Origin: a virus
IMG/VR virus record: IMGVR_UViG_3300011113_000287
Location: 1-64,000 of that record
Direction: 5' to 3' (one strand)
DNA length: 64,000 nucleotides
Part shown: positions 53,786 to 63,567 of the stretch, in pieces
How positions within the stretch are numbered: the first letter of the stretch is position 1
Layout: each line of letters begins with the position of its first letter
Position numbers and translations under genes: made by a program
Notes under the pieces: generated by a model
Told to the model about the DNA's origin: nothing
The model's input: the letters and a program-made list of their open reading frames with translations, nothing else
Databases searched by the model: none

Positions 53786-54107
53786 TGAAGTACTCCATGA
53801 AATCGTCTTCATACATCGTGATAAAGCGTACTCCGCCTATCTCAACTTGCAGCACGGGTATCCTGTCCTCCATCAACGCCTGTTTACGTAGTTCGCTCAT
53901 GTCTTTTACTTTGATGGAATACTGTTTAACGTTGTCGGTGAACTTGTTCTCAATCAAAAGATTGTTGGTTCGGACGTCATTCTTTCGCAACCATCCAGCC
54001 CCAGAGCCTGCGTTCCTGCTGCCTTTGTAACGGTCAGCAGTCTGCTTCTCTTGTTTGCGTGACTTCTTGAGTCTCCGCTTTTGTTCTCCGTCACTTCCAA
54101 ACAGCAT
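53778..54107 (-). CDS. Small PD-(D/E)XK nuclease/resolvase
   Basis: QE...A...GSGA...KNDV....LIENK. Confidence 0.75.
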   Translation of the reverse strand: MLFGSDGEQKRRLKKSRKQEKQTADRYKGSRNAGSGAGWLRKNDVRTNNLLIENKFTDNVKQYSIKVKDMSELRKQALMEDRIPVLQVEIGGVRFITMYEDDFMEYFNG

Positions 54108-55132
54108 CAGGCGGGTACTGTCAAATTAAAGTAGCCGAATGCTTGGTTCTTCAACTCACGTTGTAACTCAATGTCCTCACGAACGGCTGCGGTAAGTGCA
54201 TCTTTCCCCTGCCATTTTTGTTGACCAAATGAATAATAAGGACCAGACCGTGTGATGATTCCCACGGCGATTCCGATGTTCACCACGTCCTTAACAGTGT
54301 CAAACTCTCCAAGGCGGAAGCCTCCTGTGCTCGTGAAGTAGAAGTCAACTACTGCCGTTTGTTGTGGACGGTATGTCTTGTTCTTGATGGTACGAGCCTT
54401 GATGGTCTGTCCAATGGCTTCGTCTTTTTCTTTAATCCACTCGTCACGTTTTACCTCAACACGACTGAAATAATGGAAGTTCTTTGCCTTCCCACCTGGG
54501 GTGGTGCGGTTGTCTCCCCACATTACGCCAATCTTTTCACGCCACTGGTTGATGACCAAACCAGTGCAGGCTCTGTCTTCATTAATGAGTGAGCGACGTT
54601 GAGCCTTGGAGGACTTGCGAAAGAACTTGCCCGTCAAACGAGCACCCAAGCCAACGGTGAAGTCTTCCATCATTTTCTCTGCCTCGTCCCCAGGAACAAG
54701 CGAAGGCAATGAGTCAATGACAATCATGTCAACTGCACGGTTGTCAAGTGCTTTGATGATGAGGTCATACACCTGTTCCATTACGTTCGTCTCAACTACC
54801 CACAGGCGGTCAGTGTCTACGCCGATTGCTCGTGCGTACTGCGGAACGTACGTCTCTGCCGCAATCCACAGTGCCGTGAAGTCAGGGTTGATTTTCTGAT
54901 TGGCGGCGATGGTTTTGTATGCCAACGCAGTCTTTCCCGATGACTCTTCTCCGATGATTTCCGACCATTGGTTCAAGGGCCAACCACCACCAAGCATCAA
55001 GTCAAAAGCCAAGATGCCAGTGGTGATGCGTGGGACGTCCTCTTTTATTTCAGAACCTTTGATTAAAACATCATCGCCATACTTCTTTGAGATGGCGGCA
55101 ACGATTGATTCCAATGACTCATAGTCTCTCAT
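54107..55132 (-). CDS. recA: RecA/UvsX recombinase
   Basis: LGGGWP, EIIGEESSGKT, VIDS, INQ.R.KIG, TPGG. Confidence 0.95.
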   Translation of the reverse strand: MRDYESLESIVAAISKKYGDDVLIKGSEIKEDVPRITTGILAFDLMLGGGWPLNQWSEIIGEESSGKTALAYKTIAANQKINPDFTALWIAAETYVPQYARAIGVDTDRLWVVETNVMEQVYDLIIKALDNRAVDMIVIDSLPSLVPGDEAEKMMEDFTVGLGARLTGKFFRKSSKAQRRSLINEDRACTGLVINQWREKIGVMWGDNRTTPGGKAKNFHYFSRVEVKRDEWIKEKDEAIGQTIKARTIKNKTYRPQQTAVVDFYFTSTGGFRLGEFDTVKDVVNIGIAVGIITRSGPYYSFGQQKWQGKDALTAAVREDIELQRELKNQAFGYFNLTVPA

Positions 55133-55142
55133 GTTGTGCTCC

Positions 55143-55511
55143 TTAGACGACCCAGTTTACCTGTGATGCTTGCTCATACAAACCATTCCAACCACATTCA
55201 AAACAATGTGGCGCTGGTGCTGCTCCGTGAATCATACTGTTTGCACCTCTTCCAGTACGACTAAATACATTCTTACTTCCGCAACTTGGGCAAGACAAGT
55301 GACCATCACGTTTCATTGCTTCCCCGCCTTTCCAGATGCGTATGGCAGTTCCCATGCCAATTTGTGCGTCTGGTGCAATGTTTTCAACGGGCGCTTGTGG
55401 CGTTGGTTGTTGTGTTGGTAGCGGTCTATTGCTGTACGCTGCTGGATTTGGGTAACTTGGTTGTGGAGAAGGCTTTTCGCCTTTTAGTTTTTTAGACCAC
55501 CAGTCACTCAT
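55143..55511 (-). CDS. Zn-ribbon protein
   Basis: CPSCGS...CFECGW. Confidence 0.7.
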   Translation of the reverse strand: MSDWWSKKLKGEKPSPQPSYPNPAAYSNRPLPTQQPTPQAPVENIAPDAQIGMGTAIRIWKGGEAMKRDGHLSCPSCGSKNVFSRTGRGANSMIHGAAPAPHCFECGWNGLYEQASQVNWVV

Positions 55512-55878
55512 CGTCTTCTTCAACCATCCAATCCTTCAAGGTTTCTTCGTCAATTACTATAGAAATGTTGCCATTTTCCAAAAGCCTGTTGATTAGAGAC
55601 ATGCCGTAGGCGGTAAGTATTGGAATCAACTCTTCTTTTGGAGTACCTAGTTTATCGTTCTTTTCTAGCAAATCCAGCACCCATGCGGCTGATTCTTCGG
55701 CGTTATGGGCAATGCCTTGATTAACAAACAACGCCCACCTGCTGGCTATGTCAAAAGTCTCAGCATCAGCAACGTCTTTTGACGGCGTAGAAAACCCCAT
55801 GAAGTTGGCAAAAGATTGTCCTTGGGCAATTGACAACATTAAATAAAACAATCTTTTGTCTGCAATGCTATTTTCCAT
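55504..55878 (-). CDS. Hypothetical protein
   Basis: Between pol and the Zn-ribbon gene. Confidence 0.65.
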   Translation of the reverse strand: MENSIADKRLFYLMLSIAQGQSFANFMGFSTPSKDVADAETFDIASRWALFVNQGIAHNAEESAAWVLDLLEKNDKLGTPKEELIPILTAYGMSLINRLLENGNISIVIDEETLKDWMVEEDDE

Positions 55879-55880
55879 GT

Positions 55881-57941
55881 CTATTCCTTTGCCTCCGCCC
55901 AACTCTTTGCGAACTGGTACGAAACTTTGATGGGAACCTTGTCTAGAACCTTACCGTCTCCCATTGCTTCTAAGAACGGGGTAATTATTGATGGTGCTTC
56001 GTTTTGTTTTACGGTAGCCACAAGTTCGTCATGCACTTGTACTACCAATTTTACACTTGTATCTTTCATGGCGTAGTAAACATCAATCATTGCTTGTTTA
56101 CAAAGGTCTGCCGCAGTTCCTTGAACAATGGCGTTGACAGCCTGCCGTTCTGCACGTGCCCTCAGTTCTTTGTCCGTTGACCGAAGGTCGGGAAGGCGGC
56201 GGCGTCTACCGTAAAGCGTGCTGACATATCCGTCCTTACGGGCTTTTTCTACGAGATGTCGTTTCCAATCCGTGAGTTCAGAGAACGTCCTGTAGTAACT
56301 GCTTAGAATCTCCTGTGCATCTTTTTCGGAGATGCCAGTAACACGAGCAAGTTTGACTGAGCCGCCTCCATACGCAGTGAGGAAGTTGACACCCTTTCCA
56401 ATCTGACGTTCTTCGGAGGTCACGTCTTCTGGCTTCTTCTTAAATACGGCTGATGCTGTTGCCGTGTGGATGTCTTCCTCGTTAGCAAACGTGTGCAAAA
56501 GCCTGCTGTCTTGGCTAAACATAGCCATGATGCGAAGTTCAATCTGGTCATAGTCGGCAACCAACAGCGTGTTGTCTCCATTGGCTACAAACAGTTTGCG
56601 AATGTTTGAAGTCCTTGGAATGTTTTGAAGGTTGGGGTCGGAGGAAGAAAGGCGACCAGTGGCTGTGCGATGCAGGTGAAACGATGGGTGCAGCCTGCTC
56701 TTGTGTAATTTTGGTAAAAGACCGTCCACATAGGTGCTCTTCAACTTTTGCAACTCCGCCCATGTAAGAAGCATGGGAATGACTGGATGCTTGTTTTGCA
56801 GGCTCTTGAGGGACTCTTCGTCCACCGATGGTGCGCCTTTGCCAGTCATTTTGTATGGCTTTAATCCCAAGCCTCCCTCCGACTTTTTGGAGAACAGGAA
56901 CGTTTGCTTGTGCTTGTTGGAGTCGGGGTTGAACCCAACGGGGGCGTAGGACAAAATGGAGTTAAGAGTGTCCTGCATCTCTTTGTCTAACTCATTGCCT
57001 AGTGCAGAAAGGTTGTTGGCGTCAACTGGGATGCCCTCGTTTTCTATGTGCATGAGGACTTCCAAAACACGGCTGTCCAATTCCAACGCTTTGGTCAGGT
57101 CAGAATGGGCACGTACTTTCTGAATCAATTTCTTGTAGAGCAACCATGTCCAACGTGCATCACGATGAACGTACAAAGCCGTTGAATCAAAGGCTGTGTT
57201 GGAAACAGTCTTTCCTAACTTTCCGCCGTTTTCGTAGGCTTTGTGTCCACCGTAGTTAGTTTCAATCAGAGTCTCTAGTGCATAATTTAGTAAGTTTTCA
57301 TTTACAATGTGTTGGGTAATCATCGTGTCTACGTATGGACCAGGTGGTATTTCTCCGTAATACTTTGAGATTGACCGAGCGTCAAATTTTACGTTGTGCC
57401 CCACCTTGATAAGGTCACTAAAAAACAACGGACGCAGGCGTTCAAATACTTCGCTACGTGACAATTGTTTAGGTGGTTCTCCGTACACGGCTGGTTTTAC
57501 GTAACGAGCCTTAGCCATTGACTCCTGCCCGTTCTTCAGTAATTTACGAAAGCCAGGAGGAGGCACGGTGCTGCCGTCGCCAACTTCTTCTTTTTCCAAC
57601 ACTGACCCAAGGCGATGACCCATGGGGATTGCCCACGACCTGCCACTGGTAGCAATGCCTATCCAGAACACCTCGTTACGTAGGGGATTGACGGCAATGT
57701 CTTTTAAATACTGGTTTGTGATGTTGTCGTGCGCCCGTTGAAGGATGTCTGGACTCTTGTTCTTAAGCCCTTTAACGTGCTCTTGAAAGTCCTTCTCCAA
57801 ATGCTCCATGAGGTCGGGGTGATGCTCCAGCGTGGCTTGTGATTCCACGTCAAAGGCAAATGCCCCGACCCCACGAACGACTTTAATAAGTTCGTCTAAT
57901 TCTTGGAGCGTACTGACAACGGGAGGTATTGAACTCCCCAT
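55881..57941 (-). CDS. polA: Family A DNA polymerase with 3'-5' exonuclease
   Basis: FDVES, HNVKFD, TGRLSSSDPNLQNIP, DYDQIELR, RQIGKGVNFLTAYG, VHDE. Confidence 0.96.
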   Translation of the reverse strand: MGSSIPPVVSTLQELDELIKVVRGVGAFAFDVESQATLEHHPDLMEHLEKDFQEHVKGLKNKSPDILQRAHDNITNQYLKDIAVNPLRNEVFWIGIATSGRSWAIPMGHRLGSVLEKEEVGDGSTVPPPGFRKLLKNGQESMAKARYVKPAVYGEPPKQLSRSEVFERLRPLFFSDLIKVGHNVKFDARSISKYYGEIPPGPYVDTMITQHIVNENLLNYALETLIETNYGGHKAYENGGKLGKTVSNTAFDSTALYVHRDARWTWLLYKKLIQKVRAHSDLTKALELDSRVLEVLMHIENEGIPVDANNLSALGNELDKEMQDTLNSILSYAPVGFNPDSNKHKQTFLFSKKSEGGLGLKPYKMTGKGAPSVDEESLKSLQNKHPVIPMLLTWAELQKLKSTYVDGLLPKLHKSRLHPSFHLHRTATGRLSSSDPNLQNIPRTSNIRKLFVANGDNTLLVADYDQIELRIMAMFSQDSRLLHTFANEEDIHTATASAVFKKKPEDVTSEERQIGKGVNFLTAYGGGSVKLARVTGISEKDAQEILSSYYRTFSELTDWKRHLVEKARKDGYVSTLYGRRRRLPDLRSTDKELRARAERQAVNAIVQGTAADLCKQAMIDVYYAMKDTSVKLVVQVHDELVATVKQNEAPSIITPFLEAMGDGKVLDKVPIKVSYQFAKSWAEAKE

Positions 57942-57944
57942 CGG

Positions 57945-58607
57945 CTAGTTACCAAGGTCTTCCGAAGCGATTGCCAACAGTTCCGCATAGGTGGGAACTT
58001 TGATGATGGATGAGTCGTACTTCTCTTCCTTGAACTTGATAAGCGACGATTCCGAAATGGGTTCAATCTTCCACTCTTCGGCAATGTCACGCTCACGGAT
58101 GACCTGCAAATTGTACGACGTCGTTGCGCCCTTACCCGTACGGCTGATTGCCCAGTAGTGCTTGGTCAACGGACCAGTTTGCGGAGCCTTGTTCAGATTA
58201 CGAAGTTGGTCAACAACACGGGGTCCAATTTCCAACGAACGCAGGACAGGGGACGCACCCACCGACAACAATACGACGTTGAAAGAAACACGCTGTGATG
58301 GACGATTTCCAAGTTCACAAATCGGGCATCCACGCTCTTCAAGTTCACGGATGCAGACAAACGACTTCTGTCCGTCACGCTCAACCCAGTGTTGGTGCCA
58401 AGCGGCGTACGGTTCGTCCTCAATGAACTTGATGACCTGTACGTCTTCGCTGACCTTGAGACGCTGTGCGTAGTTGGAGTCGGCGCTCTTCAAAGCGTCC
58501 ACCTGCTGCCATCCGCCACGCAAGAGTTTGCGCTCAGTTACAGGTGCGACAGGAGTGTCCTGTTCTGTGTTGGGTGTCATTTCATCTGTGTCGTAATTAC
58601 GGGGCAT
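57945..58607 (-). CDS. Putative single-stranded DNA-binding protein
   Basis: IKF...QHW...C...CP.C...SRTGKG..T.Y; adjacent to pol. Confidence 0.7.
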   Translation of the reverse strand: MPRNYDTDEMTPNTEQDTPVAPVTERKLLRGGWQQVDALKSADSNYAQRLKVSEDVQVIKFIEDEPYAAWHQHWVERDGQKSFVCIRELEERGCPICELGNRPSQRVSFNVVLLSVGASPVLRSLEIGPRVVDQLRNLNKAPQTGPLTKHYWAISRTGKGATTSYNLQVIRERDIAEEWKIEPISESSLIKFKEEKYDSSIIKVPTYAELLAIASEDLGN

Positions 58608-58628
58608 GTTCTTTTTTCCTTTGTGTGT

Positions 58629-59057
58629 TTAGTGGGGCCATTGCTCTTTGATGTATTTTCTGAAACCGTTCCAATCTGCATTGTGAATGTCATGTATCTT
58701 GAAACGGTCTATTGCTTCCAGCAAGAACTCTACCTGCTCAACGCTGTAGAGCCTCCTTCCTTTTGAAGGTTTTTCTGGAAGTTGTTGCTTGACAGGTTTT
58801 GGAGTCCTGTACTTGGCTTTGGGTAGCCAACCACGGTGTTCCCATACCCTGAGCGTTGAGGGACTTTTTCGTAGGGCAATCGCAAGTTGTCCAATGGTGA
58901 ACATGTGCACTTCTTGCCCATTGATTACGTACTTCTTTGGTTTTGCTCCGTTGAAACGGTCTTCCGCAATTGCCGTATCTTTTTTCTGCCTGTTCTTGGG
59001 CGTGCGTCCTCCAGGAAAATCGGGAAGGTTGTTGAAGAAGTCCAACGGGTCTTTCAC
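58629..59057 (-). CDS. MerR-like winged-HTH protein
   Basis: FTIGQLAIALRKSPSTLRVWEHRGWLP...GRRLYS. Confidence 0.8.
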   Translation of the reverse strand: MKDPLDFFNNLPDFPGGRTPKNRQKKDTAIAEDRFNGAKPKKYVINGQEVHMFTIGQLAIALRKSPSTLRVWEHRGWLPKAKYRTPKPVKQQLPEKPSKGRRLYSVEQVEFLLEAIDRFKIHDIHNADWNGFRKYIKEQWPH

Positions 59058-59449
59058 GCTTTGAACGCCCATGTCTCTTTCTCTACGTAAAAACTTTGAA
59101 CGGTAGGGAGGAGCGACTTGTCGTTCCACGCCACGGCAAGCAGTTTATCTTCGCTCAGACGCTCAACGACTTCCTTAACGTCGTCCCACAGTCCGTTTTC
59201 TTTTGCCCATTCCTCTGCTGTCCCGACATTGAACGTCTTGCTTACCCGACGCTCACGCTTAAGTTCGTGACCACCAACGTTGAGCCAAATGTGCCCGCTG
59301 TCGTCAGGAGTTCCATGCTGTTCCACGACGGTGCTCAACTCTTTCTTGAGTTTGTCCACCCGTGCTTCCAATTGGCTGAGCAGTTTCTTTTGAGAAACAA
59401 ACTCTTCAACCATTTTTGTGTAGTAAGACTCGTCAAATTGTTCTGACAT
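59054..59449 (-). CDS. Coiled-coil phage replication-module protein
   Basis: 131 aa, coupled. Confidence 0.6.
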   Translation of the reverse strand: MSEQFDESYYTKMVEEFVSQKKLLSQLEARVDKLKKELSTVVEQHGTPDDSGHIWLNVGGHELKRERRVSKTFNVGTAEEWAKENGLWDDVKEVVERLSEDKLLAVAWNDKSLLPTVQSFYVEKETWAFKA

Positions 59450-59450
59450 T

Positions 59451-60995
59451 TTATACCTCCGAATGTTGTAGGAATTCTGTTAGTGAACTTAACGTCAACT
59501 CAAATCTACCTTGCGTGTCATAACCTTTGTCAATGAACGCTTCGTTGATTCCTCGTTTCTGCTGGAGCATCTCGTACTGTCGTTCCTCAATGCTCCCTTT
59601 CATAACAAAGGATGCTATCGTAACATGGGGGTGTTGCGAGGATAGGCGAATAATGCGAGCCTCCCGTTGGTCCAATTTTCCTGCGCTCCACGGCAGGTCG
59701 TACGAAATCAGATAGTTTGCTTGTGGTAAGTCCACGCCGTATCCACCAGCATCGGATGACAGGAACAAGCGGGTATTTGGGTCCGTGGTAAACTTTTGTT
59801 TGGCTGCGTCTTTTTCTGATGCGTCCATGTCGCCCGTAAACAATACGCACGATGTAAGGCTTTTTGTGCGCTCTGCCAATAACTTAAGATTGTTTTTAAA
59901 GAAAGAAAATAAAACTACTTTGTTGTCGGGGTCTTCGTTCAGGATGTCCGTGATGTAGTCTATAACAGCATCCATTTTTGGGGTGTTGAACGGTTTTGTA
60001 AGCCATTGCATGTCCATGACTTCTTTGGCGTATTTACTGCCTCCATCACCATCATTGTCTGTGTATTGTTTTGCTGACAACTCAACGAGCATTGGGTTGT
60101 CACACAACATTCTCAAAATGGTGAGGCGTGACATTATTTGTCCTTGCGCTTCGTTGGCAGCGGCGTTTCCGTGATAATGCGCCCATAAATCAAACCCTTT
60201 GCCATGAGTGTTAACGGCTTTCTTTATTTGGGACAACAGGTCATTTGCAATATTTGTATACGCCTGCGCTCCCTTTTCATCAAACTGGACGGGAATGACT
60301 GTTGAAATTACTTTGGGAAGTTGGTCTTCAATATCTTTTCTGTTTTTACGAACCATTGCTTTTTCCATTGACTTGTTTAACAGGTTCAGATTGCGATACC
60401 TCGTCGGCCTTCCAAACTTGTCACGTACTATGAACGTTTTGTCAAATACGTCAAACTTGCCCAGCACGTTTGCGTCAACAAATTCCATGATGGAAAACAG
60501 TTCTTCTGGTTTGTTTTCAATGGGCTGACCCGTAAGTGCAAAACGGTATTGGCATTTCTTTCCCAGTTTTTTCAACAAACGTGAACGCTTGGCACGTGGA
60601 GATTTAATCATCGTTGCTTCATCAATGACCATGGCTTCAAACCGTAGTGAGTTAAAAAGGTGTACGTCGTTAACAAGGGTTTCAGGATTCACAATGACGT
60701 ACTTGGCACGGAGAGCAGACCTCCATAACGTTTCCCTTGTTCTGGCATTGCCGTCAATAACTACGGCTCGTGAGTTTGTGAACTTGTTGATTTCTCGCAA
60801 CCATTGGTATTTGAGAGCCGCTGGAACAACAATGATGGCCCTTGAGATTTCTTGTTGGTCAAACAAGGTTTCAAGAGAGTTGATGGTAATTACGGTTTTA
60901 CCGCCACCCATGACAACGGCGAGGAGCATCTTGCCCCTGTCAATCATTTTCTCCCGTGCATCTTCTTGAAACGGGTACAGAGCGCCCTTAAACAT
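59451..60995 (-). CDS. SNF2-family helicase
   Basis: MGGGKT, DEA, LTGQPIEN, GYGVDL, YDLPWS...QR.ARI.R. Confidence 0.92.
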   Translation of the reverse strand: MFKGALYPFQEDAREKMIDRGKMLLAVVMGGGKTVITINSLETLFDQQEISRAIIVVPAALKYQWLREINKFTNSRAVVIDGNARTRETLWRSALRAKYVIVNPETLVNDVHLFNSLRFEAMVIDEATMIKSPRAKRSRLLKKLGKKCQYRFALTGQPIENKPEELFSIMEFVDANVLGKFDVFDKTFIVRDKFGRPTRYRNLNLLNKSMEKAMVRKNRKDIEDQLPKVISTVIPVQFDEKGAQAYTNIANDLLSQIKKAVNTHGKGFDLWAHYHGNAAANEAQGQIMSRLTILRMLCDNPMLVELSAKQYTDNDGDGGSKYAKEVMDMQWLTKPFNTPKMDAVIDYITDILNEDPDNKVVLFSFFKNNLKLLAERTKSLTSCVLFTGDMDASEKDAAKQKFTTDPNTRLFLSSDAGGYGVDLPQANYLISYDLPWSAGKLDQREARIIRLSSQHPHVTIASFVMKGSIEERQYEMLQQKRGINEAFIDKGYDTQGRFELTLSSLTEFLQHSEV

Positions 60996-61899
60996 TTACC
61001 CACCATGGTAGTACAGTTGCCGTCTTTACCGCAATTCCAAGTTCTTCGTCTGACATCTCACCAATGTCTTTGGCTTTAGTGTGTTTATAGTACAACCATC
61101 TTACACCGTTACGAAAAGATGGTAGTGCAGTCATCAACTTGTTACCAACGGTAATACCAGCCTCATCATTGTCAAGAGCGACAATGAGAAGGTCGCACGC
61201 CTTTTCAAGAATGTCAATCTGTTTTTTACTAACCTGTACCCCAAAACTGGCAAGGCATTGAAAGCCCGAATAAGCGGATGCAAAACGAACTACGTCAAGT
61301 GGTGACTCCACAAGCACTGCGGTGCGTGAGGTAAAGCGGTCAATACCAAACAAAGTATCTGACTTCTTTACACCGTTTGGTTGGTTGAGTACCCCGTATG
61401 ATGACTTCTCTTGCCAACCAAGAAGGTCTCCCGTTGGGGAAATGATAGGAATAATCCACGCTCTTTTGGATGTATCCCATCGGATACCATATTTTTCGGC
61501 TGCGCTTGCCTTGAGGTTGCGTTTGACCAATTGGTCATACGGGGGCTTGTCAAACGACATGTACGTTTCCCAATCAACGTCCGACTTAATCTTCTGTACT
61601 TTGGGCTTGGTAAGTTGTTCCATTCCTGCGTTCATGAGCAGGTGATAGATGGACGACACCGACTCGTAACTGCCCGTAATTTCTGCAATCAACTGCGGAA
61701 GGTTTCCACGTGACCCGCACGAATGGCATAACCACAGTCCTGTAGTGGCGTTCATTGACCACGACGGTGACCTGTCTGGTTTCCCCGTAGCCTTCTCGTG
61801 CACGGGGCAGCAACCGATTAATTCGTTTCCAGACTCACGACGCACATCCACGCCAAGGGCGTCAAGCACGTCACGAAAATTAGTAATACCAGTTGTCAT
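60988..61899 (-). CDS. DNA primase (Zn finger + TOPRIM)
   Basis: CPVH...CHSC, LVESPLD, ALDNDEAG, KDIGEM. Confidence 0.9.
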   Translation of the reverse strand: MTTGITNFRDVLDALGVDVRRESGNELIGCCPVHEKATGKPDRSPSWSMNATTGLWLCHSCGSRGNLPQLIAEITGSYESVSSIYHLLMNAGMEQLTKPKVQKIKSDVDWETYMSFDKPPYDQLVKRNLKASAAEKYGIRWDTSKRAWIIPIISPTGDLLGWQEKSSYGVLNQPNGVKKSDTLFGIDRFTSRTAVLVESPLDVVRFASAYSGFQCLASFGVQVSKKQIDILEKACDLLIVALDNDEAGITVGNKLMTALPSFRNGVRWLYYKHTKAKDIGEMSDEELGIAVKTATVLPWWVNV

Positions 61900-63136
61900 T
61901 GTCATCATCGGGACCTTCCTCCACTTCTGAGAAGTCCATGTTGCTCCAATCCCATTTAATCCTGACCTCTCCCTTTGGTGCGGTACGAGCAAGTACGACA
62001 CGCAGGATTGCTTGGTCATCAATGTCTGGGTCCGATTCAACGCCGATAACTAAGTCTGAGTCCTGTGCAAATGATGACGTGTAGCCAATGGCGTCGGCGG
62101 TAATCTGTCTACTCTTGCGGTTGCCAAGTTTCCAACTGAGCACCTGCGTGGTTCCAATGATTGGAATGTCGTAACGCTGTGCCAACCTCTTCAACGAACG
62201 TGTGATGTTGGTCAATGCCTGCGGAGAGCCTTTGGGTTCGCCCTGCTCGTCGTCCATCAGATAAACGCCGTCAACGACCAGCAGGTCTGGTTTGTGTTGC
62301 TGGAGTTTTCCTGCAATTGCGCTGACAGTCGTGAGTGACGAGATGTCCTCGGAAATAATAAACGGGTGCATGTTCTTTCTAAGAGAGATTGACTTTCGTA
62401 TCTTTTCAATCTCTGCGTTCGTAAGGTCTCCACGCATCAACTTGGTGTGTGAGATTCCAGCGACTATTGCGTCGTAACGTGCCGATTGCTCCTCTGCGCT
62501 CATCTCAAACGAAATGTACAACGGAACTTTGCCGTGGTTGTGTACGGCATTTGAAATGATGAGCGTAATGAGTGACTTACCTTTCTTGGCTTCACCAACC
62601 AACGTAATCAACTGTTGAGGACGTAAGCCAGAGGTAATCCTGTCCAATCCTGCAAAGCCAGTGGGAATACCACGAATGGCGTTGGGAGTGTCCTTCATCA
62701 ACAAATATCGCTCAATGCGCTGTTCCCACGTTTCAATGAGGTTGATGTCACGAAGTCGGGCGGTGTCTGCGGAAGCAACTTGCAGTCCTTGTGCAATGAC
62801 GTTTATCGCCTCTTGTGTTTCGTTTTCGTTGAGCAGTGGAACGGCTGACGAAAGGGTCTCCACCATCTTTTGGTGACGGTACGAGGTAATCAATTCCTCA
62901 ATGAGGTTTGAAAACTGCTCACGAGATGCATCCAACAATGAGACGTTTCCGTACTCTTGGTTGAACGCTCGTTCTGAGGGAACGGCGCTGTGGTCACGCC
63001 AGTATGTAACTACCCATTCCCAAATGTCCGACCACTGCGCTGAGAAATGCTGTGGCTTTAGTCCTGCCTCCACCACTGGAAGAACTTCGTTTTCTTGAAT
63101 GACCTTGCTGATTAAAAGGTGCTCTGTACTTGCCAC
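61880..63136 (-). CDS. dnaB: DnaB-like replicative helicase
   Basis: IPTGF..LD..T.GL, GEAKKGKS, SFEMS, VVDGVYLM, QDSD. Confidence 0.93.
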   Translation of the reverse strand: MASTEHLLISKVIQENEVLPVVEAGLKPQHFSAQWSDIWEWVVTYWRDHSAVPSERAFNQEYGNVSLLDASREQFSNLIEELITSYRHQKMVETLSSAVPLLNENETQEAINVIAQGLQVASADTARLRDINLIETWEQRIERYLLMKDTPNAIRGIPTGFAGLDRITSGLRPQQLITLVGEAKKGKSLITLIISNAVHNHGKVPLYISFEMSAEEQSARYDAIVAGISHTKLMRGDLTNAEIEKIRKSISLRKNMHPFIISEDISSLTTVSAIAGKLQQHKPDLLVVDGVYLMDDEQGEPKGSPQALTNITRSLKRLAQRYDIPIIGTTQVLSWKLGNRKSRQITADAIGYTSSFAQDSDLVIGVESDPDIDDQAILRVVLARTAPKGEVRIKWDWSNMDFSEVEEGPDDDNDNWYY

Positions 63137-63567
63137 TAAACAATCCACGCTTTCTTTTTGTCCACTACGTGAGAACGCAACCCAATACTAGAGGCTTGTT
63201 CTTGATTTGCAACGTAGATGGTTTTCAACGAACGTTGAAATTTTAAGTCGTACGCCAACTCTTCAACGTTGAGATAATAAAACACGGCAACTGATACCCC
63301 TTTGCGTGACAACCAGCGTTCAATGGGGTCTACTGCTTCTGGGTCAATAAAAGTGTAAACGTCGGTTGCAATACCTAAACGAACGCACGAGTCAATCATT
63401 GCTTTTAACGGTAGTTCGTGGGGTATAGCGGATTGTATATAACGCTCCCAATTGTTTCGTTGTTTGTAGAACTTGGCGGTCAGAGTGTCGGGAAGGGTTG
63501 CAAGCACTCCCTCAAAAATAACGCCCTGTCCCCTTACCCAATGTTCAGCAATGTCATTTCCCTGCAT
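63136..63567 (-). CDS. Hypothetical protein (degenerate HAD-like)
   Basis: MQGNDI...VIFEGVL. Confidence 0.6.
   Translation of the reverse strand: MQGNDIAEHWVRGQGVIFEGVLATLPDTLTAKFYKQRNNWERYIQSAIPHELPLKAMIDSCVRLGIATDVYTFIDPEAVDPIERWLSRKGVSVAVFYYLNVEELAYDLKFQRSLKTIYVANQEQASSIGLRSHVVDKKKAWIV

Noticed and set aside
54107-63136. Inteins or introns in RecA, Pol A, DnaB or TerL
   Set aside because: Lengths are normal and no splice motifs were seen; the extra segment in the Pol exonuclease region is short and in frame.
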